Made by a program: the position numbers and the translations under genes. A model generated the notes under the pieces. That model worked only from the letters and a program-made list of their open reading frames with translations. It had not been told where the DNA came from and did not search any database. A DNA stretch of 64,000 bases from Gemmatimonadales bacterium (GTDB lineage Bacteria > Gemmatimonadota > Gemmatimonadetes > Gemmatimonadales > GWC2-71-9). Of the stretch, positions 9,354 through 20,128 are shown piece after piece (within the stretch, counting starts at the first letter, position 1; every line of letters starts with the position of its first letter). Location of the stretch: the NCBI GenBank assembly GCA_965249575.1, contig OZ252244.1, positions 1,792,001-1,856,000 of the forward strand, read 5' to 3'.

Positions 9354-10271
9354 ATGCGCCTAATTATCGACTGCGACCCCGGAATTGATGACCTCGTGGC
9401 ACTGGCCTTGGCCGCGCGATCGCCTGAGCTCGACATTGTGGCGGTCACGACAACCTACGGCAACGCGCCGCTGTGGCACACCACCCGCAACGCGCGCGAT
9501 CTGCTGCGGAGGGCGGGACGCAACGACGTCGCCGTTCACGCCGGTCCCGCGCGCCCACTCGTGCGGGAGCCAGCGCCGGCCATCGAAGCCCACGGACCGA
9601 CCGGTACCGGCTACGCCAGCATCGACGACGACTCGGATAGTCAGTCGATCGCGCCGGACGACCTCGCACTCCTGCGCGCGCTCGACGAGGCAGGCGAACC
9701 GGTCACGCTGGTCACCATGGGTCCGCTCACCGCCTTGGCGTACGCGCTCGAGGCGGAGCCACGACTCGTCCGGGAACGGGTACGCCGGCACATCGGGATG
9801 TTCGGCAGCTTCGAAGTCCGGGGAAGCGCCAGCCGCTGGGCGGACTACAACGCCTGGAGCGATCCTGAAGCGGCCGCCCTGGTCCTCACGGCATCACTAC
9901 CGAGCGAGATGGTGCCGCTGGAGGTGACACGAACGCTGGTCGTGCGGGCCGCAGCAGTGCAGCGGCTCGAACGGTCAACCGATCCTCTATCGGCGTGGCT
10001 CGGCTCGGCACTCCGCTACTACGCGCAGTTCCAGGGGCGGACCCTGGGGATCGATGGCTGCGCCGTCCACGACGTGCTCCCGATCAGCGAGCTCTTGGAC
10101 CCTGGGCTGCTGTCGTTCGCGGAGGGCCAAGTCGAAGTCGATCTTGACGTAGGAGACGGCCGTGGCCATACAAGGATCGCGCCGACGGGCTCCCACGCGC
10201 GGTTCGCAACGGGCGTAGACGCCGGGCGCGCACGGCGCCTACTCGCGCGAGTCTTCGGCGGGGGGGGCTAG
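9354..10271 (+). CDS. Nucleoside hydrolase (IU-NH family)
   Basis: DCDPGIDD, HG, GPLT, DYNAWSDPEAA, HD. Confidence 0.92.
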   Translation: MRLIIDCDPGIDDLVALALAARSPELDIVAVTTTYGNAPLWHTTRNARDLLRRAGRNDVAVHAGPARPLVREPAPAIEAHGPTGTGYASIDDDSDSQSIAPDDLALLRALDEAGEPVTLVTMGPLTALAYALEAEPRLVRERVRRHIGMFGSFEVRGSASRWADYNAWSDPEAAALVLTASLPSEMVPLEVTRTLVVRAAAVQRLERSTDPLSAWLGSALRYYAQFQGRTLGIDGCAVHDVLPISELLDPGLLSFAEGQVEVDLDVGDGRGHTRIAPTGSHARFATGVDAGRARRLLARVFGGGG

Positions 10272-10299
10272 GCGGGAAGTCACCGGTCGGGAGGCACGC

Positions 10300-11306
10300 A
10301 TGACAGATGGACAGGTACAAGTCGCAGTGGTGGGAACGGGCCAGATCGGGCGAGGCTGGGCGGCGCTCTGCGTCGCGGCAGGATGGCCGGTGGCGATCTT
10401 CGATACCGACGCGCAGGCGCTCGACGCCGCCGCGGTCGAGATCAAAGCGGGCGCCAGGCGGCTGGCGGCCCTCGGCCGCGCCGAGCACGAGCATATCGAA
10501 AAGGGATTCGCCAAGCTCCGCGCAGGACGCAGCCTGCTCCAGGCGTGCCAGGATGCGCAGTGGGTGATCGAGTCGATTCCCGAAGACCTGATTCACAAAC
10601 AGAAGCTCTTCGAGGCGCTGGAATCCGTCGCGCCGCACGCGCGAGCCATCACGAGCTCATCGAGCGGGCTCGACGCCAAGGACCTCGCCGCGCGGTGCCG
10701 CCGCCCCGACCGCTGCCTCGTCGCGCACGCCCTGAACCCGCCCGAGCTGATCCCGCTAGTGGAGCTGGTGCCGAGCGAGTACACCGACGGCGCCCTGGTC
10801 GAGGTGCTGAAGGGCTGGCTCCGCGCGCTCGGCAGGATCCCCGTCACCATCAAGAAACCGATCCCTGGCCGCGTCGCCGGCAGGATATCGGCCGCGGTCT
10901 GGCGCGAGGCGATCGACCTGGTGCTTCAGGGCGTCATCGACGTCGACGATCTCGACCGCGCGGTCTCGCTCGGGCCGGCGCTCAGCTGGGCCGCTGCCGG
11001 TCCGCACCTGAGCTACCATCTCGCGGCCGGCGATCGCGGACTCCGCGCCTTCATCCAGCACCTGCTCGCCAGCTTCGAGGCCGCGTGGGGTGACCTGGCG
11101 ACGTGGACCCAGATCGACCAGGAGCAGCGGCACCGCCTGGTGCACGCCGTGCAGCGGACCTACGAGGGGGAGATATCGAGCAGATCCGGAGCGCCAGGGA
11201 CCGCCGACTGGCCGCGATTCTCCGAGCAATGGAGGAGGCGAGGATCTCGGGAGCCCTCGCCCAACCGCGAACCCTGCCCGACTCCTCCTCCCCCGGTGAG
11301 GAGTAG
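10300..11306 (+). CDS. 3-hydroxyacyl-CoA dehydrogenase family protein (carnitine dehydrogenase/lambda-crystallin-like); frameshift in G-run near 11170
   Basis: GTGQIGRGW, ESIPE, SSSSG, HALNPP..PLVE; family-like tail DIEQIRSARDRRLAAIL continues in the 11103-11306 frame. Confidence 0.85.
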
Positions 11307-11366
11307 GGCGGCACACTCCCCTCACTCCCTACCCCCCACCCGCTCGGGTGGGGTCGAGTGGAGCGG

Positions 11367-12071
11367 CTAGACCACCTCCCGGTCGACCTGCGCGCACCAC
11401 AGCGACCGCGCTAGCTCGTTGCCGACCACGGTTTCCCTGGGGTGGTGGAGACCGATGAGCTTGACGGTGGTCGGTCCCTGGAACGGCTGGCGGCCGAGCA
11501 CCTCGAAGGCGACCCCGGGCTTCAAGCCTAGGGAGGCGATGAAGCGAAGGCGTTCGGGGTCCTTGTCGCTCACCATCCTCAGCTCGGCGACGTTCCCAAC
11601 CGGGATCTCGGTAAGCGCGATGTAGTCCAATTCCTCGATGTCGCCGGCCTGGGTGGGGATTGGGGCGCCGTGAGGATCGTACCGCGGGTGCCCGAGCGCG
11701 AGCGCCATCCGCTCGACGAGATCGTCCGAGACGGCGTGCTCCAGGCGTTCGGCTTCGTCGTGCACGTTGTCCCAGTCGTACCCTAGCTTCGACATGAGGT
11801 ATGACTCGAGAATCCGGTGCCGCCGAACCATGCGGAGCGCCACACGGCGGCCGGTAGCCGTGAGTTGCACCCCGCGGTAGGGCACGTGCTCCAGGAGGCT
11901 CGACTCGGACAACCGCTTGAGCATCCCGCTCACCGACGGTGGGGCCACCTCGAGTGCTTCGGCGATGGCGCTGGTCTGCGCCGCGCCCGACGCCGACTCG
12001 AGCTCGAAGATGGCCTTGAGATAATCTTCCGTGGAGCGGGACAATCCCTTGGGATGGGCCGCGGCCGCCAT
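11367..12071 (-). CDS. DtxR/MntR family metal-dependent transcriptional regulator
   Basis: EDYLKAI, RRHRILE, EAERLEH, DPHGAPIP, C-terminal FeoA/SH3-like domain. Confidence 0.93.
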   Translation of the reverse strand: MAAAAHPKGLSRSTEDYLKAIFELESASGAAQTSAIAEALEVAPPSVSGMLKRLSESSLLEHVPYRGVQLTATGRRVALRMVRRHRILESYLMSKLGYDWDNVHDEAERLEHAVSDDLVERMALALGHPRYDPHGAPIPTQAGDIEELDYIALTEIPVGNVAELRMVSDKDPERLRFIASLGLKPGVAFEVLGRQPFQGPTTVKLIGLHHPRETVVGNELARSLWCAQVDREVV

Positions 12072-12105
12072 AGTGCCATCCCCTCACATGAGGTGAGCCG
12101 TAGAT

Positions 12106-12151
12106 TGAATTTCTGTGAGCCTAAGCTATGGTTTTCTTTTCAGAAGTGCAA
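12106..12151 (-). promoter_or_regulatory. Sigma70-type promoter of the DtxR-family gene with an overlapping DtxR-like half-site
   Basis: TTGCAC-17nt-TAGCTT on the minus strand, running into TTAGGCTCACAGAAATT. Confidence 0.5.
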
Positions 12152-12157
12152 GTCGTA

Positions 12158-12741
12158 TCAGCGCTTACCCCACCACGTCACGAACGGTGTGATGATGCGG
12201 TGGGTCAGGCCCCAGATCACGTGATCCCCAACCACGAACGCCTGCACGGGGTGGTACGCGCCTTGCGAAGCTCTATGTCGACCGTCGTAGCCGATTGCTG
12301 GAGTTCCGAGAGTGGAACCCAGACGTGCAGGGCGACTTCGGCGCTCGGGGAAACTTCGGGCCGGTCGCGGAGTCCAAAAACGTAGGGCCGGATGACGACC
12401 GGGGGCAGCACGGGAGTGTTTGGTGCCAGCTCGTCGAGCTCGCCAAGCAGATCCGGCGGAGCAAGGTCGATACCGGTCTCCTCCAGGGTCTCGCGCGCCG
12501 CGGTCGCCAAGAGGTCGTCGTCGACAGGGTCCCGGCGGCCACCTGGCAAGGCCATCTGGCCGGACCAGGGATCGCCCTCGACTTCAGCGCGCTTGATGAA
12601 GAGCGCCTCGAGGTCGCCGTCGGAGGTCGGCAACAGGATGAGCGCGACAGCCGCCTCAACGACACGAGCCCCGGTCACGCGCTCCGGCTCTCCCCGGCCC
12701 AGCTTGGTCCGAATGGCTTCGAAGTGAGGGTGATGAATCAC
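12158..12741 (-). CDS. CoA pyrophosphatase (Nudix); frameshift near 12265
   Basis: SGQMALPGG..D....ATAARETLEETG; C-terminal HPVQAFVVGDHVIWGLTHRI lies in another frame. Confidence 0.88.
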
Positions 12742-12824
12742 GGTGATGAGACGTACCCGGCCCCGACGCGGGTGTTCGATGTGACGCGGGGCTTGCGTGC
12801 GAGAGTAACTTGAGTGGTTGGATG

Positions 12825-13010
12825 ATGGGCGGACAGGGAGGTTCACTCGTTCAGGAGGTTGATATTCGGGGCTTTGCTGTCGGACTTGTCGCTCTCGCCG
12901 CGCTCGCGGCGGCCGGCCTGTTGTTGACGAAGCGCCGGCCCGCGCTCCAGGTATCTCCGGGCGGTGAGAGCACCGGTTACGTAGACGACCTCTACGCAGC
13001 CGGCCTTTAA
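12825..13010 (+). CDS. Small single-TM hypothetical protein (start uncertain)
   Basis: GFAVGLVALAALAAAGLLL hydrophobic segment; GGAGG motifs near the 5' end; fills the intergenic gap. Confidence 0.5.
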   Translation: MGGQGGSLVQEVDIRGFAVGLVALAALAAAGLLLTKRRPALQVSPGGESTGYVDDLYAAGL

Positions 13011-13054
13011 CCCGCGCTCCGGACGGCCCCCCTCGGCCGTCCGGAGCAACCTAC

Positions 13055-13918
13055 CTACGCCAGCAGGTTCCTCGAGAACCAATCCGCAGTCACATCCATA
13101 GCCTCATCGAGTTGAGCAGTGCTCCCGGCCCAGGGGTGGCGCGCGCCGAAAGTGTGCCCGCCCCCTTCGATCATCTCGAGCTTTGCTACTCCCTCTTCTG
13201 CCGCCGCCGCTAACGCCTCCGCCTCGCTCACCGGAACGGCTTCATCTTCATTCCCGTGGACGATCAGCCAGGGTGCGCGGACCTTCTGAGCTGCTGCTAG
13301 GAAGTCGAGCCTTCCGTTGCCGTACCGTTCGAGCTCTTCCAGCACGTCCGTGTACAGCGGTAGGACATCCCCGGTCCTGGCATTCACGATGTCCAGTTTT
13401 CCGGAAGCCCGCCACGACTCGATCGTCTCGTTCGGCCACCGAAGCCCCCTGGATACCGCCGCCCAAGTGACCAGCGCGGCCACGGTCTCGTCCGCCGTTG
13501 CGCGTAAGAGTGCGACCGCACCTCCTCGGCTATGTCCGAACAGACCGACTTTGGTGGGTGGCACTACACCTCTGATCAAGTCACCGCTGGTGAGTTTGTC
13601 GCATACACGTCCGAGATCGTCGATCGCCTTCGTGTAGGTGTCCCGTGCGAACCGTTCCGGCTCGGTGAACGACTCGCCGTCGGGACCGACACCGCTCCCG
13701 GAGAAATTGAACGACACCGGGGTCATGCCGGCGCGGGCCAGACGGCCTGCGAGACGGGGAAGGAAGCCCCAGTCCTTGAAGCCCTTGAAGCCCTTGAAGC
13801 CGTGACAGATTACGACAGCCGGCCTCCCCTCCCCCCCCTGCGCAGTGCGGACATGGCCCCGCAACGGGCCCCCGTCGGCTCCTCGAATCTCGAACGCCGT
13901 TTTGACTGCGGTCGCCAT
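13055..13918 (-). CDS. Alpha/beta hydrolase
   Basis: HGFKG..DWG, GHSRGG nucleophile elbow, HG..DEAV, GHTF. Confidence 0.9.
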   Translation of the reverse strand: MATAVKTAFEIRGADGGPLRGHVRTAQGGEGRPAVVICHGFKGFKGFKDWGFLPRLAGRLARAGMTPVSFNFSGSGVGPDGESFTEPERFARDTYTKAIDDLGRVCDKLTSGDLIRGVVPPTKVGLFGHSRGGAVALLRATADETVAALVTWAAVSRGLRWPNETIESWRASGKLDIVNARTGDVLPLYTDVLEELERYGNGRLDFLAAAQKVRAPWLIVHGNEDEAVPVSEAEALAAAAEEGVAKLEMIEGGGHTFGARHPWAGSTAQLDEAMDVTADWFSRNLLA

Positions 13919-13964
13919 GGGTGTGCTTTACCTCCCTCAGGCCCCGAGGTACATTCCCTCCCTC

Positions 13965-14564
13965 ATGTCAACGACCGCCAGGGACAGTGGCCCGCGCGGA
14001 TCGGTACGCACAGATAACCCACCGTTACAAGCTGTCGGCCGGGCCATTGAGTCCCATCGTGAACACCTCGTCGAGAATTGGGCGAATTGGATCGGGGAGC
14101 GAGTCGGAAGCGCCCGGCACATTGACCGGCCAACGTTGGAACGCCAGCTCACCCTCCTGGTCGATCTTCTCGTGGAGCTCACTGCGCCGCTGCGCCGGCA
14201 GGCCGCGCAGCTCTGGTTCGATGCGTGCCACCATTACGGCGAGACGGCCGCCGCGCGAGGCCTCGCGGCTGGCGAGGTGGTGGAAGAGATCCAGCACCTG
14301 CGAGAGCTGTTGATCCGGGAACTGCTTGAGATCATCGCGGCGCTCCCTGCCCGGCACTCGGTAGCCACCGTGCTGCGGCTGAACCGTCTGGTGGACCGCG
14401 CAATCGCGAACGCCGTCGTGGGCTACACCGACGCCCTCGTGGAAACCCTTTTTAGCCAGCGCGGCGTTCCCATTTTCGTATCCGATTCGGCGAATGGCGA
14501 GGTCGCCAAACGGCTGAGCCAACTCGAGTCCGACCTGAAACAGCTGCGCGAGAAGCGCCGCTAA
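13965..14564 (+). CDS. RsbRD-N-like globin-fold helical protein
   Basis: HYGETAAARGLAAGEVVEEIQHLRELL...AVVGY pattern. Confidence 0.6.
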   Translation: MSTTARDSGPRGSVRTDNPPLQAVGRAIESHREHLVENWANWIGERVGSARHIDRPTLERQLTLLVDLLVELTAPLRRQAAQLWFDACHHYGETAAARGLAAGEVVEEIQHLRELLIRELLEIIAALPARHSVATVLRLNRLVDRAIANAVVGYTDALVETLFSQRGVPIFVSDSANGEVAKRLSQLESDLKQLREKRR

Positions 14565-14572
14565 CTCTCCCG

Positions 14573-15367
14573 TCAGCCCGCGATTTCTTCCCCGCCGTCC
14601 ACGTTGATCACGTTGCCGGTGATCCATGCCGTGCCGGAATCGCAGAGCGCGACGACCGCGCGGGCCACGTCCTCCGGCGTCGTGAGCCTGCCGTGCGGAT
14701 TCCGCTTCGCGCCCTGGGCGAACAGCTCCGCGCTCCCCGGAATCTTTCGCGAGGCCGGCGTCTCGGTCACGCCGCCCCGCAGCGCGTTGACCGTAATGTC
14801 GTGGTTGGCGAGCTCGACCGCGAGCTGCCGCGTGTGTGACTCGAGAGCGCACTTGGCAGCCGAGACGGCGCCGTACGATTGGATCACCCTCGTCGAGCCC
14901 GACGAAGTCATCGAGAATATCCGCCCCCCCTTACCCATCAACTTCCGGCTCACCAGATCCTGCGCCCAGTAGACCAGCGAGTGCGCCATCACGTCCAGCG
15001 TCATCTCGATATTCGCCTTTGTGAGCGCATCGCCGGCGATGTAGGGCTTGAGCGTACCGAAGGCGAGTGAGTGCATGAACACCTCCACATTGCCGCCCGA
15101 CGCGTCGATCTCCGCAGCCAGCGCGTCGAGTACACCCCCCCGCTTCCCCTCGTCGGCCGCATTCACGTTGAAGTACAGCGCCCGGCGTCCCACGCCCTCG
15201 ATGTCCCTCTTGATCTCGTCGACGTGCTTGAGACCGGCTTTGCGGTCGAGATGCACGCCGGCGATGTCGTAACCGGCACTGGCCAGCGCCTTGGCACATG
15301 CCTCGCCGAAGCCACTCGAGGCGCCGAGAATCAGAGCCCATCGTGGGGTGGTCGCGTTCTGGGACAA
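14573..15367 (-). CDS. SDR oxidoreductase, enoyl-ACP reductase FabL-like
   Basis: GASSGFG, YGAVSAAK, GGVTETPA, WITGNVINVDGG; TTG start with GGAGG. Confidence 0.85.
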   Translation of the reverse strand: MSQNATTPRWALILGASSGFGEACAKALASAGYDIAGVHLDRKAGLKHVDEIKRDIEGVGRRALYFNVNAADEGKRGGVLDALAAEIDASGGNVEVFMHSLAFGTLKPYIAGDALTKANIEMTLDVMAHSLVYWAQDLVSRKLMGKGGRIFSMTSSGSTRVIQSYGAVSAAKCALESHTRQLAVELANHDITVNALRGGVTETPASRKIPGSAELFAQGAKRNPHGRLTTPEDVARAVVALCDSGTAWITGNVINVDGGEEIAG

Positions 15368-15404
15368 GCCAACCTCCGTTTGCGGGGACGGGTAATATAG
15401 GAGA

Positions 15405-16259
15405 ATGAAACAACCGGGTGAGCCCAATGGCCGGGTGCTCTTCAGCCTCGTCAGCATCAATCTCTGGGATCTTCCGATCTTCTGGCCACGCCACGACCGC
15501 ACGCGGCGGCGGCAGCGCATGCTCGAGCAGTTTCCCGATCTGTCGGCCGACCTGCTCCTGTTTCAGGAGGCCTTCGTACAGAGTTTTCGCGAGCGCCTGG
15601 CCGCCGCGCTGCCGCGGCTCAACGCCGATCCCTATCTCGAGGCGCGGCGCCGGCACGGACCGATCACGCTGAGCGCCGCCGGCGGGCTGCTGACGTTCTC
15701 GCGCTGGGCGTTCGGCTCCTCGGTCTTCACAGCGGCGCGGACGTTCAAGAGCATGCGGATCGACGAGCGCATCGGACGGAAGGGTTGGCTCCGCACCGAG
15801 GTTCAGACTCCGGTGGGACCGGTATCGGTCGCGAACGTGCACCTCTACGCAGGTACCAGGCCGACCGATGCGCGGGTGCGGACGACGCAGGTGCGGCAGC
15901 TGACCCACGACGCCGAGCGGTGGCCGCCGCTACCCACCATCCTGGCTGGAGACTTCAACATGACGGCTGAACTCGAGCGCCCCGACCGGGGACCCACGGG
16001 ATTCGACCTGCTCGCCGAGGCTGGGTTCGTTGAGGTTGCAGGGGGATCGAGCGACGGCTTAGTGACCATGGCGCCGAGCGTCAACCGATATGCGCGGTAC
16101 GCGCCCTGGCACAAGCCCGACCGGCGGCTCACGCAGGTCTTCTATCGCGGGCCCGGTATCGAGCGCGGGCCCGAACCGCCGACCCTCTGTCTGCACCGGC
16201 CGGCGGTGTCGGATCACTTCGGCCTCAGGGTCCAGCTCGCGCTGGCCCGTCGACACTGA
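15405..16259 (+). CDS. Endonuclease/exonuclease/phosphatase family protein
   Basis: N.W, FQE, NVHL, GDFN, SDH motifs. Confidence 0.88.
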   Translation: MKQPGEPNGRVLFSLVSINLWDLPIFWPRHDRTRRRQRMLEQFPDLSADLLLFQEAFVQSFRERLAAALPRLNADPYLEARRRHGPITLSAAGGLLTFSRWAFGSSVFTAARTFKSMRIDERIGRKGWLRTEVQTPVGPVSVANVHLYAGTRPTDARVRTTQVRQLTHDAERWPPLPTILAGDFNMTAELERPDRGPTGFDLLAEAGFVEVAGGSSDGLVTMAPSVNRYARYAPWHKPDRRLTQVFYRGPGIERGPEPPTLCLHRPAVSDHFGLRVQLALARRH

Positions 16260-16271
16260 GAGCGGCCCCCG

Positions 16272-16640
16272 ATGTTCGCCTCCTTCGCAGCCGACGCGCT
16301 GGTGCTGCTGCATCTCTGTTTCATCGCTTTTGTCGTGGTGGGCGGGTTCCTCGCATGGCGCTGGAGAGAGCTCGCGTGGGTGCATCTGCCGGCCGCCGCG
16401 TGGGGCGCTCTCATCGAGTTCATGGGATGGACTTGTCCCCTCACGCCGCTCGAGAACCACCTCCGCCGCCTCGCGGGAGAGAGTGGATACGGGGGCGGGT
16501 TCATCGCCCACTATCTCACCCCGATCATCTATTCGGCGGGCCTCACGTCCTCGATTCAGGTCGCGTTGGGAGTTCTCGTGCTCGCGGTGAACGCGTGGGC
16601 CTACTCGGTATATTTCGCCAGGCTGAGACGAGCTGATTAG
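16272..16640 (+). CDS. DUF2784 family membrane protein
   Basis: HL.FI.FVV.GG, CPLTPLEN.LR, GFIAHY..PIIY. Confidence 0.9.
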   Translation: MFASFAADALVLLHLCFIAFVVVGGFLAWRWRELAWVHLPAAAWGALIEFMGWTCPLTPLENHLRRLAGESGYGGGFIAHYLTPIIYSAGLTSSIQVALGVLVLAVNAWAYSVYFARLRRAD

Positions 16641-16711
16641 CGCGCCTTCATCCAGGCTCGCCTTCCGTTCCGTCTTCCGAAGGAACCCTGGAGCATCCGA
16701 AGGAGCTGCAC

Positions 16712-18556
16712 GTGGCGTTACCGCTACCCCCCCTCATTCCGCGCGAGGTGCTGTTCGGAAATCCCGAAAGGGCCAGCCCGCTCATTTCTCCCGACGGTTC
16801 CAGGATGGCATACCTCGCCCCGGTCGATGGCGTGCTCAACGTGTGGGTCGGCTCGACGGGCGGCGACGATTACCAGCCGATCACTGACGATCGGGACCGT
16901 GGGATCCGCGTGTTTTTCTGGGGCCACGACCGGCGGCACCTCCTGTACCTGCAGGACACGGCGGGCGACGAGAACTGGAGCCTGTACGCGGTAGGCCTGG
17001 AAACAGAACAGGCGCGCGCCTTGACGCCGTTCGAGGGGGTGCAGGTCCACATCATCGACCACAACAAACACTTCCCGAACGACATGCTGATCGGGATGAA
17101 TCGTGAGGACCCCAAGCTTCACGACGTGTACGACCTGAACTTCACGAGCGGCGAACCGCGTCTCGCGGCCAAGAACCCAGGCAACGTCGTCGGCTGGGTA
17201 TCGGATGCACAGCTCAAGGTGCGTGGAGCGCTCGCCGCGCGCGCCGACGGTGGCATGGACCTGCTCGTCAGAAACGACGAAAGCGAAGGCTGGAGACAGC
17301 TCGTGGGTTGGGGCCCTGAAGACGCGCTCAACAGCAGGCCGCTAGCGTTTTCGCAAGACGGCAAGCGCCTCTACGTCGAAGATTCCAGAGACGCTAACGC
17401 CGGCCGCCTGGTCGAAATCAGTCTTGCGACCGGCGCGACGACGGTGATCGCCGAAGATCCAACCTACGACATCGACAGCGTGATCACCCATCCCGACACG
17501 AGAGTGGTCCAAATGGTCTCGTTCACGCGCGCGCGCCGGGAGTGGATCGTGCTCGACGAGGGCATCGCACCCGACGTCGACGCGATCGGCCGGCTCGAGA
17601 GGGGCGATTTCGTGATGTACGACCGCACCGACGCCGACGACCGGTGGCTGGTGGGCTTCGAATCCGATACCGGCCCGATGTCGTTTCATGCCTTCGACCG
17701 GGAGACACAGACCGGCTTATTCCTTTTCCACACTCGGCCAGCTCTCACGAAGTACGTGCTCAGCCCCATGGAGCCGATCTCGTTCCGCTCGCGGGACGGC
17801 CTCACCGTGCACGGATATCTGACGTACCCGCCGGGTCCGGACCGCAAGAACCTCCCACTCGTGCTGAACGTGCACGGCGGTCCGTGGCACCGAGACACAT
17901 GGGGCTACGACCCCGAGGCGCAGTGGCTCGCCGACAGGGGATACGGGTGCCTGCAGGTCAACTTCCGGGGATCGACCGGCTACGGCAAAGGGTTCCTCAA
18001 CGCCGGCGACCGGGAGTGGGGCGGGAAGATGCACCACGACCTGGTCGATGCCGTAGAGTGGGCGGTTGAACAGGGCATCGCCGATTCGCGGCGGCTCGCG
18101 ATCTACGGCGGCTCCTACGGCGGATTCGCGGCCCTGTGCGGAGCGACCATGACTCCGGATCTATTCCGCTGCGCCGTGTCCATCGTAGGGCCCAGCAATC
18201 TCATCACGTTCATCAACACGATTCCGCCCTATTGGTCGTCCTATCTGGCGTCGATTTACAAGCGGGTCGGACATCCCGAGGTCGACGCGGAGTTGCTCGA
18301 GTCGCGCTCGCCACTCACACATGTCGACCGGATCCAGATTCCGATGTTGATCGCGCAGGGAGCGAACGACCCGCGGGTCAAGCAATCCGAATCAGAGCAG
18401 ATCGTGGCGGCGATGAAGGAGAAGGGGATCGATCATGAGTACATGCTCTTTCCGGACGAGGGGCATGGATTCGCGAAACCCGAGAACCGCCTCAGGTTTT
18501 ACGCGGCGGCCGAGAAGTTCCTGGCCAAGCACTTGGGGGGAAGGATGGAAGCGTAG
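16712..18556 (+). CDS. S9 family (prolyl oligopeptidase-type) peptidase
   Basis: VHGGPW, GGSYGG, QGANDPRV, DEGHG. Confidence 0.95.
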   Translation: MALPLPPLIPREVLFGNPERASPLISPDGSRMAYLAPVDGVLNVWVGSTGGDDYQPITDDRDRGIRVFFWGHDRRHLLYLQDTAGDENWSLYAVGLETEQARALTPFEGVQVHIIDHNKHFPNDMLIGMNREDPKLHDVYDLNFTSGEPRLAAKNPGNVVGWVSDAQLKVRGALAARADGGMDLLVRNDESEGWRQLVGWGPEDALNSRPLAFSQDGKRLYVEDSRDANAGRLVEISLATGATTVIAEDPTYDIDSVITHPDTRVVQMVSFTRARREWIVLDEGIAPDVDAIGRLERGDFVMYDRTDADDRWLVGFESDTGPMSFHAFDRETQTGLFLFHTRPALTKYVLSPMEPISFRSRDGLTVHGYLTYPPGPDRKNLPLVLNVHGGPWHRDTWGYDPEAQWLADRGYGCLQVNFRGSTGYGKGFLNAGDREWGGKMHHDLVDAVEWAVEQGIADSRRLAIYGGSYGGFAALCGATMTPDLFRCAVSIVGPSNLITFINTIPPYWSSYLASIYKRVGHPEVDAELLESRSPLTHVDRIQIPMLIAQGANDPRVKQSESEQIVAAMKEKGIDHEYMLFPDEGHGFAKPENRLRFYAAAEKFLAKHLGGRMEA

Positions 18557-18559
18557 CGC

Positions 18560-18976
18560 TCAGGCACTCTTCTTCTTCATGTGCTTCACTGACTGGGAGA
18601 TCAGCTGGCGCAGCGTTTTGAGATCGACGTCCTCTAGCGTCTTGATGTAAAGGCACGATTTACCGGTCGTGAACCTACCCAGCTTTTTGAGCAGTGCTTC
18701 GTAGCGTGAGAACCCAGACGTGATGTAGAGCGTCAGGCTTTGCTTGCGGGGAGAGAACCCCGTGAGGAACCAGTCACCCTCTCGTCCACTGTCGTACTTG
18801 TAATGCGCGTCCCCAAAACCGACGATGCTCGGACCCCACATCTTCGGTTTCTCCTTCGTAATCTCCTTCATCAGGTCGACGACGACGCGGCTGTCCATCC
18901 GTTTCCCCTCATCGCCGATTCCGTCGAGAAATTTCTTCACGCTCGCATTCGTCTTACGCGTCTTCAGCTCGGCCAT
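18560..18976 (-). CDS. DUF1801 family protein
   Basis: MWGPSIVGFG..HYKY.SGREGD, GFSPRK, GKSCLYIK. Confidence 0.92.
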   Translation of the reverse strand: MAELKTRKTNASVKKFLDGIGDEGKRMDSRVVVDLMKEITKEKPKMWGPSIVGFGDAHYKYDSGREGDWFLTGFSPRKQSLTLYITSGFSRYEALLKKLGRFTTGKSCLYIKTLEDVDLKTLRQLISQSVKHMKKKSA

Positions 18977-18994
18977 CTATTGACTCCTCTAACA

Positions 18995-20115
18995 TCAGCT
19001 CGCGTTTCCGCCTACCATTCGCACGCTGTAGACCGGGGGCAGGTGCTCCGAGACGCACTGCCAAGTATTGCCCTGGTCGTTGGAAGTCCAGAGCGAGCCC
19101 GTCGTCGTCCCAAACGCGAGCGCGTCTCCCGTGTCGTCCACCGCGAGCGCGTGGCGATATGTCAGATCGTAGGCGTGGTGCTGTGGCAGCCCCTTCTCGA
19201 GCAGTTCGAACGACCGTCCCCCATCGCGGGTTCGCGTGACGACGACTCGCCCGCCGACCGGTGCTCAGCGCTCAGCCCCGGCACGAACCACGCCGTGTTC
19301 GGATCGTGCGGGTGCACGGCCACCGTGAATCCGAAGGTCGACGGCGTTACGTCGTGAATCTCGCTCCACGACACGGCGCCGTCCGTCGAGCGGAACACTC
19401 CGTCGTGGTGCTGAACCCAGCAGTGGTCCGGTCGACCCGCGCACTGTACCAGCCGATGCGGGTCCTGAATGTACGGCTCGTACTCGCGGTCGGGCGGCAT
19501 GTAACTGGCACGCATGCCTTTGGAGCAGGTCCATGAATCGCCAGTATTCTCGCTGACCCAAACCCCGCCACACGACACTCCGACCGCGACACGGGCGGCG
19601 TTACGAGGATCCACGCAAATCGAGTGGATGCCCGGCGCATCGAAGCCGCCTCCAAACCACTTCTTTCGCCCCGGTTGGTCCCACAGCGACTGCACCAACG
19701 TCCAGGAATCCCCAGCATCGTTCGATCGGAACAGGGCGCCGGGAATCGTCCCGCACCAAAGCTCGCGTCCGTCCGGCGCCCCGCCGAGCTCCAGTGACCA
19801 GAGCAGACCGACGGTTCCCGGCACCGGCTTCCCCATACCGTCCAGCTCAGGCTCGGCGTCGGGTGGACGCTCGGGCAGCGCCGGAGCGTTGCATTCCTCC
19901 CATGTGTCGCCGCCGTCGGTAGACCGGTGGAGCTTCACACCCCAGTGACCGTGGTCCAGCGTCGCGAACATGCGGCCGTTCCTGGGATCGGCCAGGACCT
20001 GCGATACGTTGTCACCGATGAACGCCGTCCGCCCGATTCCCCAGCTCGGCTTGCCTCTCTTCCGATCCAGCTGAAAGAGTCCCTTCCGGGTCGCCACGTA
20101 CATCCGCTCGCTCAT
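18995..20115 (-). CDS. BNR-repeat beta-propeller (sialidase/YCF48-like); frameshift near 19258
   Basis: S.D.G.TW repeats, QDPH, QHHDG, FGF..AVHP; C-terminus GGRVVVTRTRDGG..YRHALAVD..HLPPVYSVR lies in another frame. Confidence 0.88.
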
Positions 20116-20128
20116 GGGAGCATCCCTG

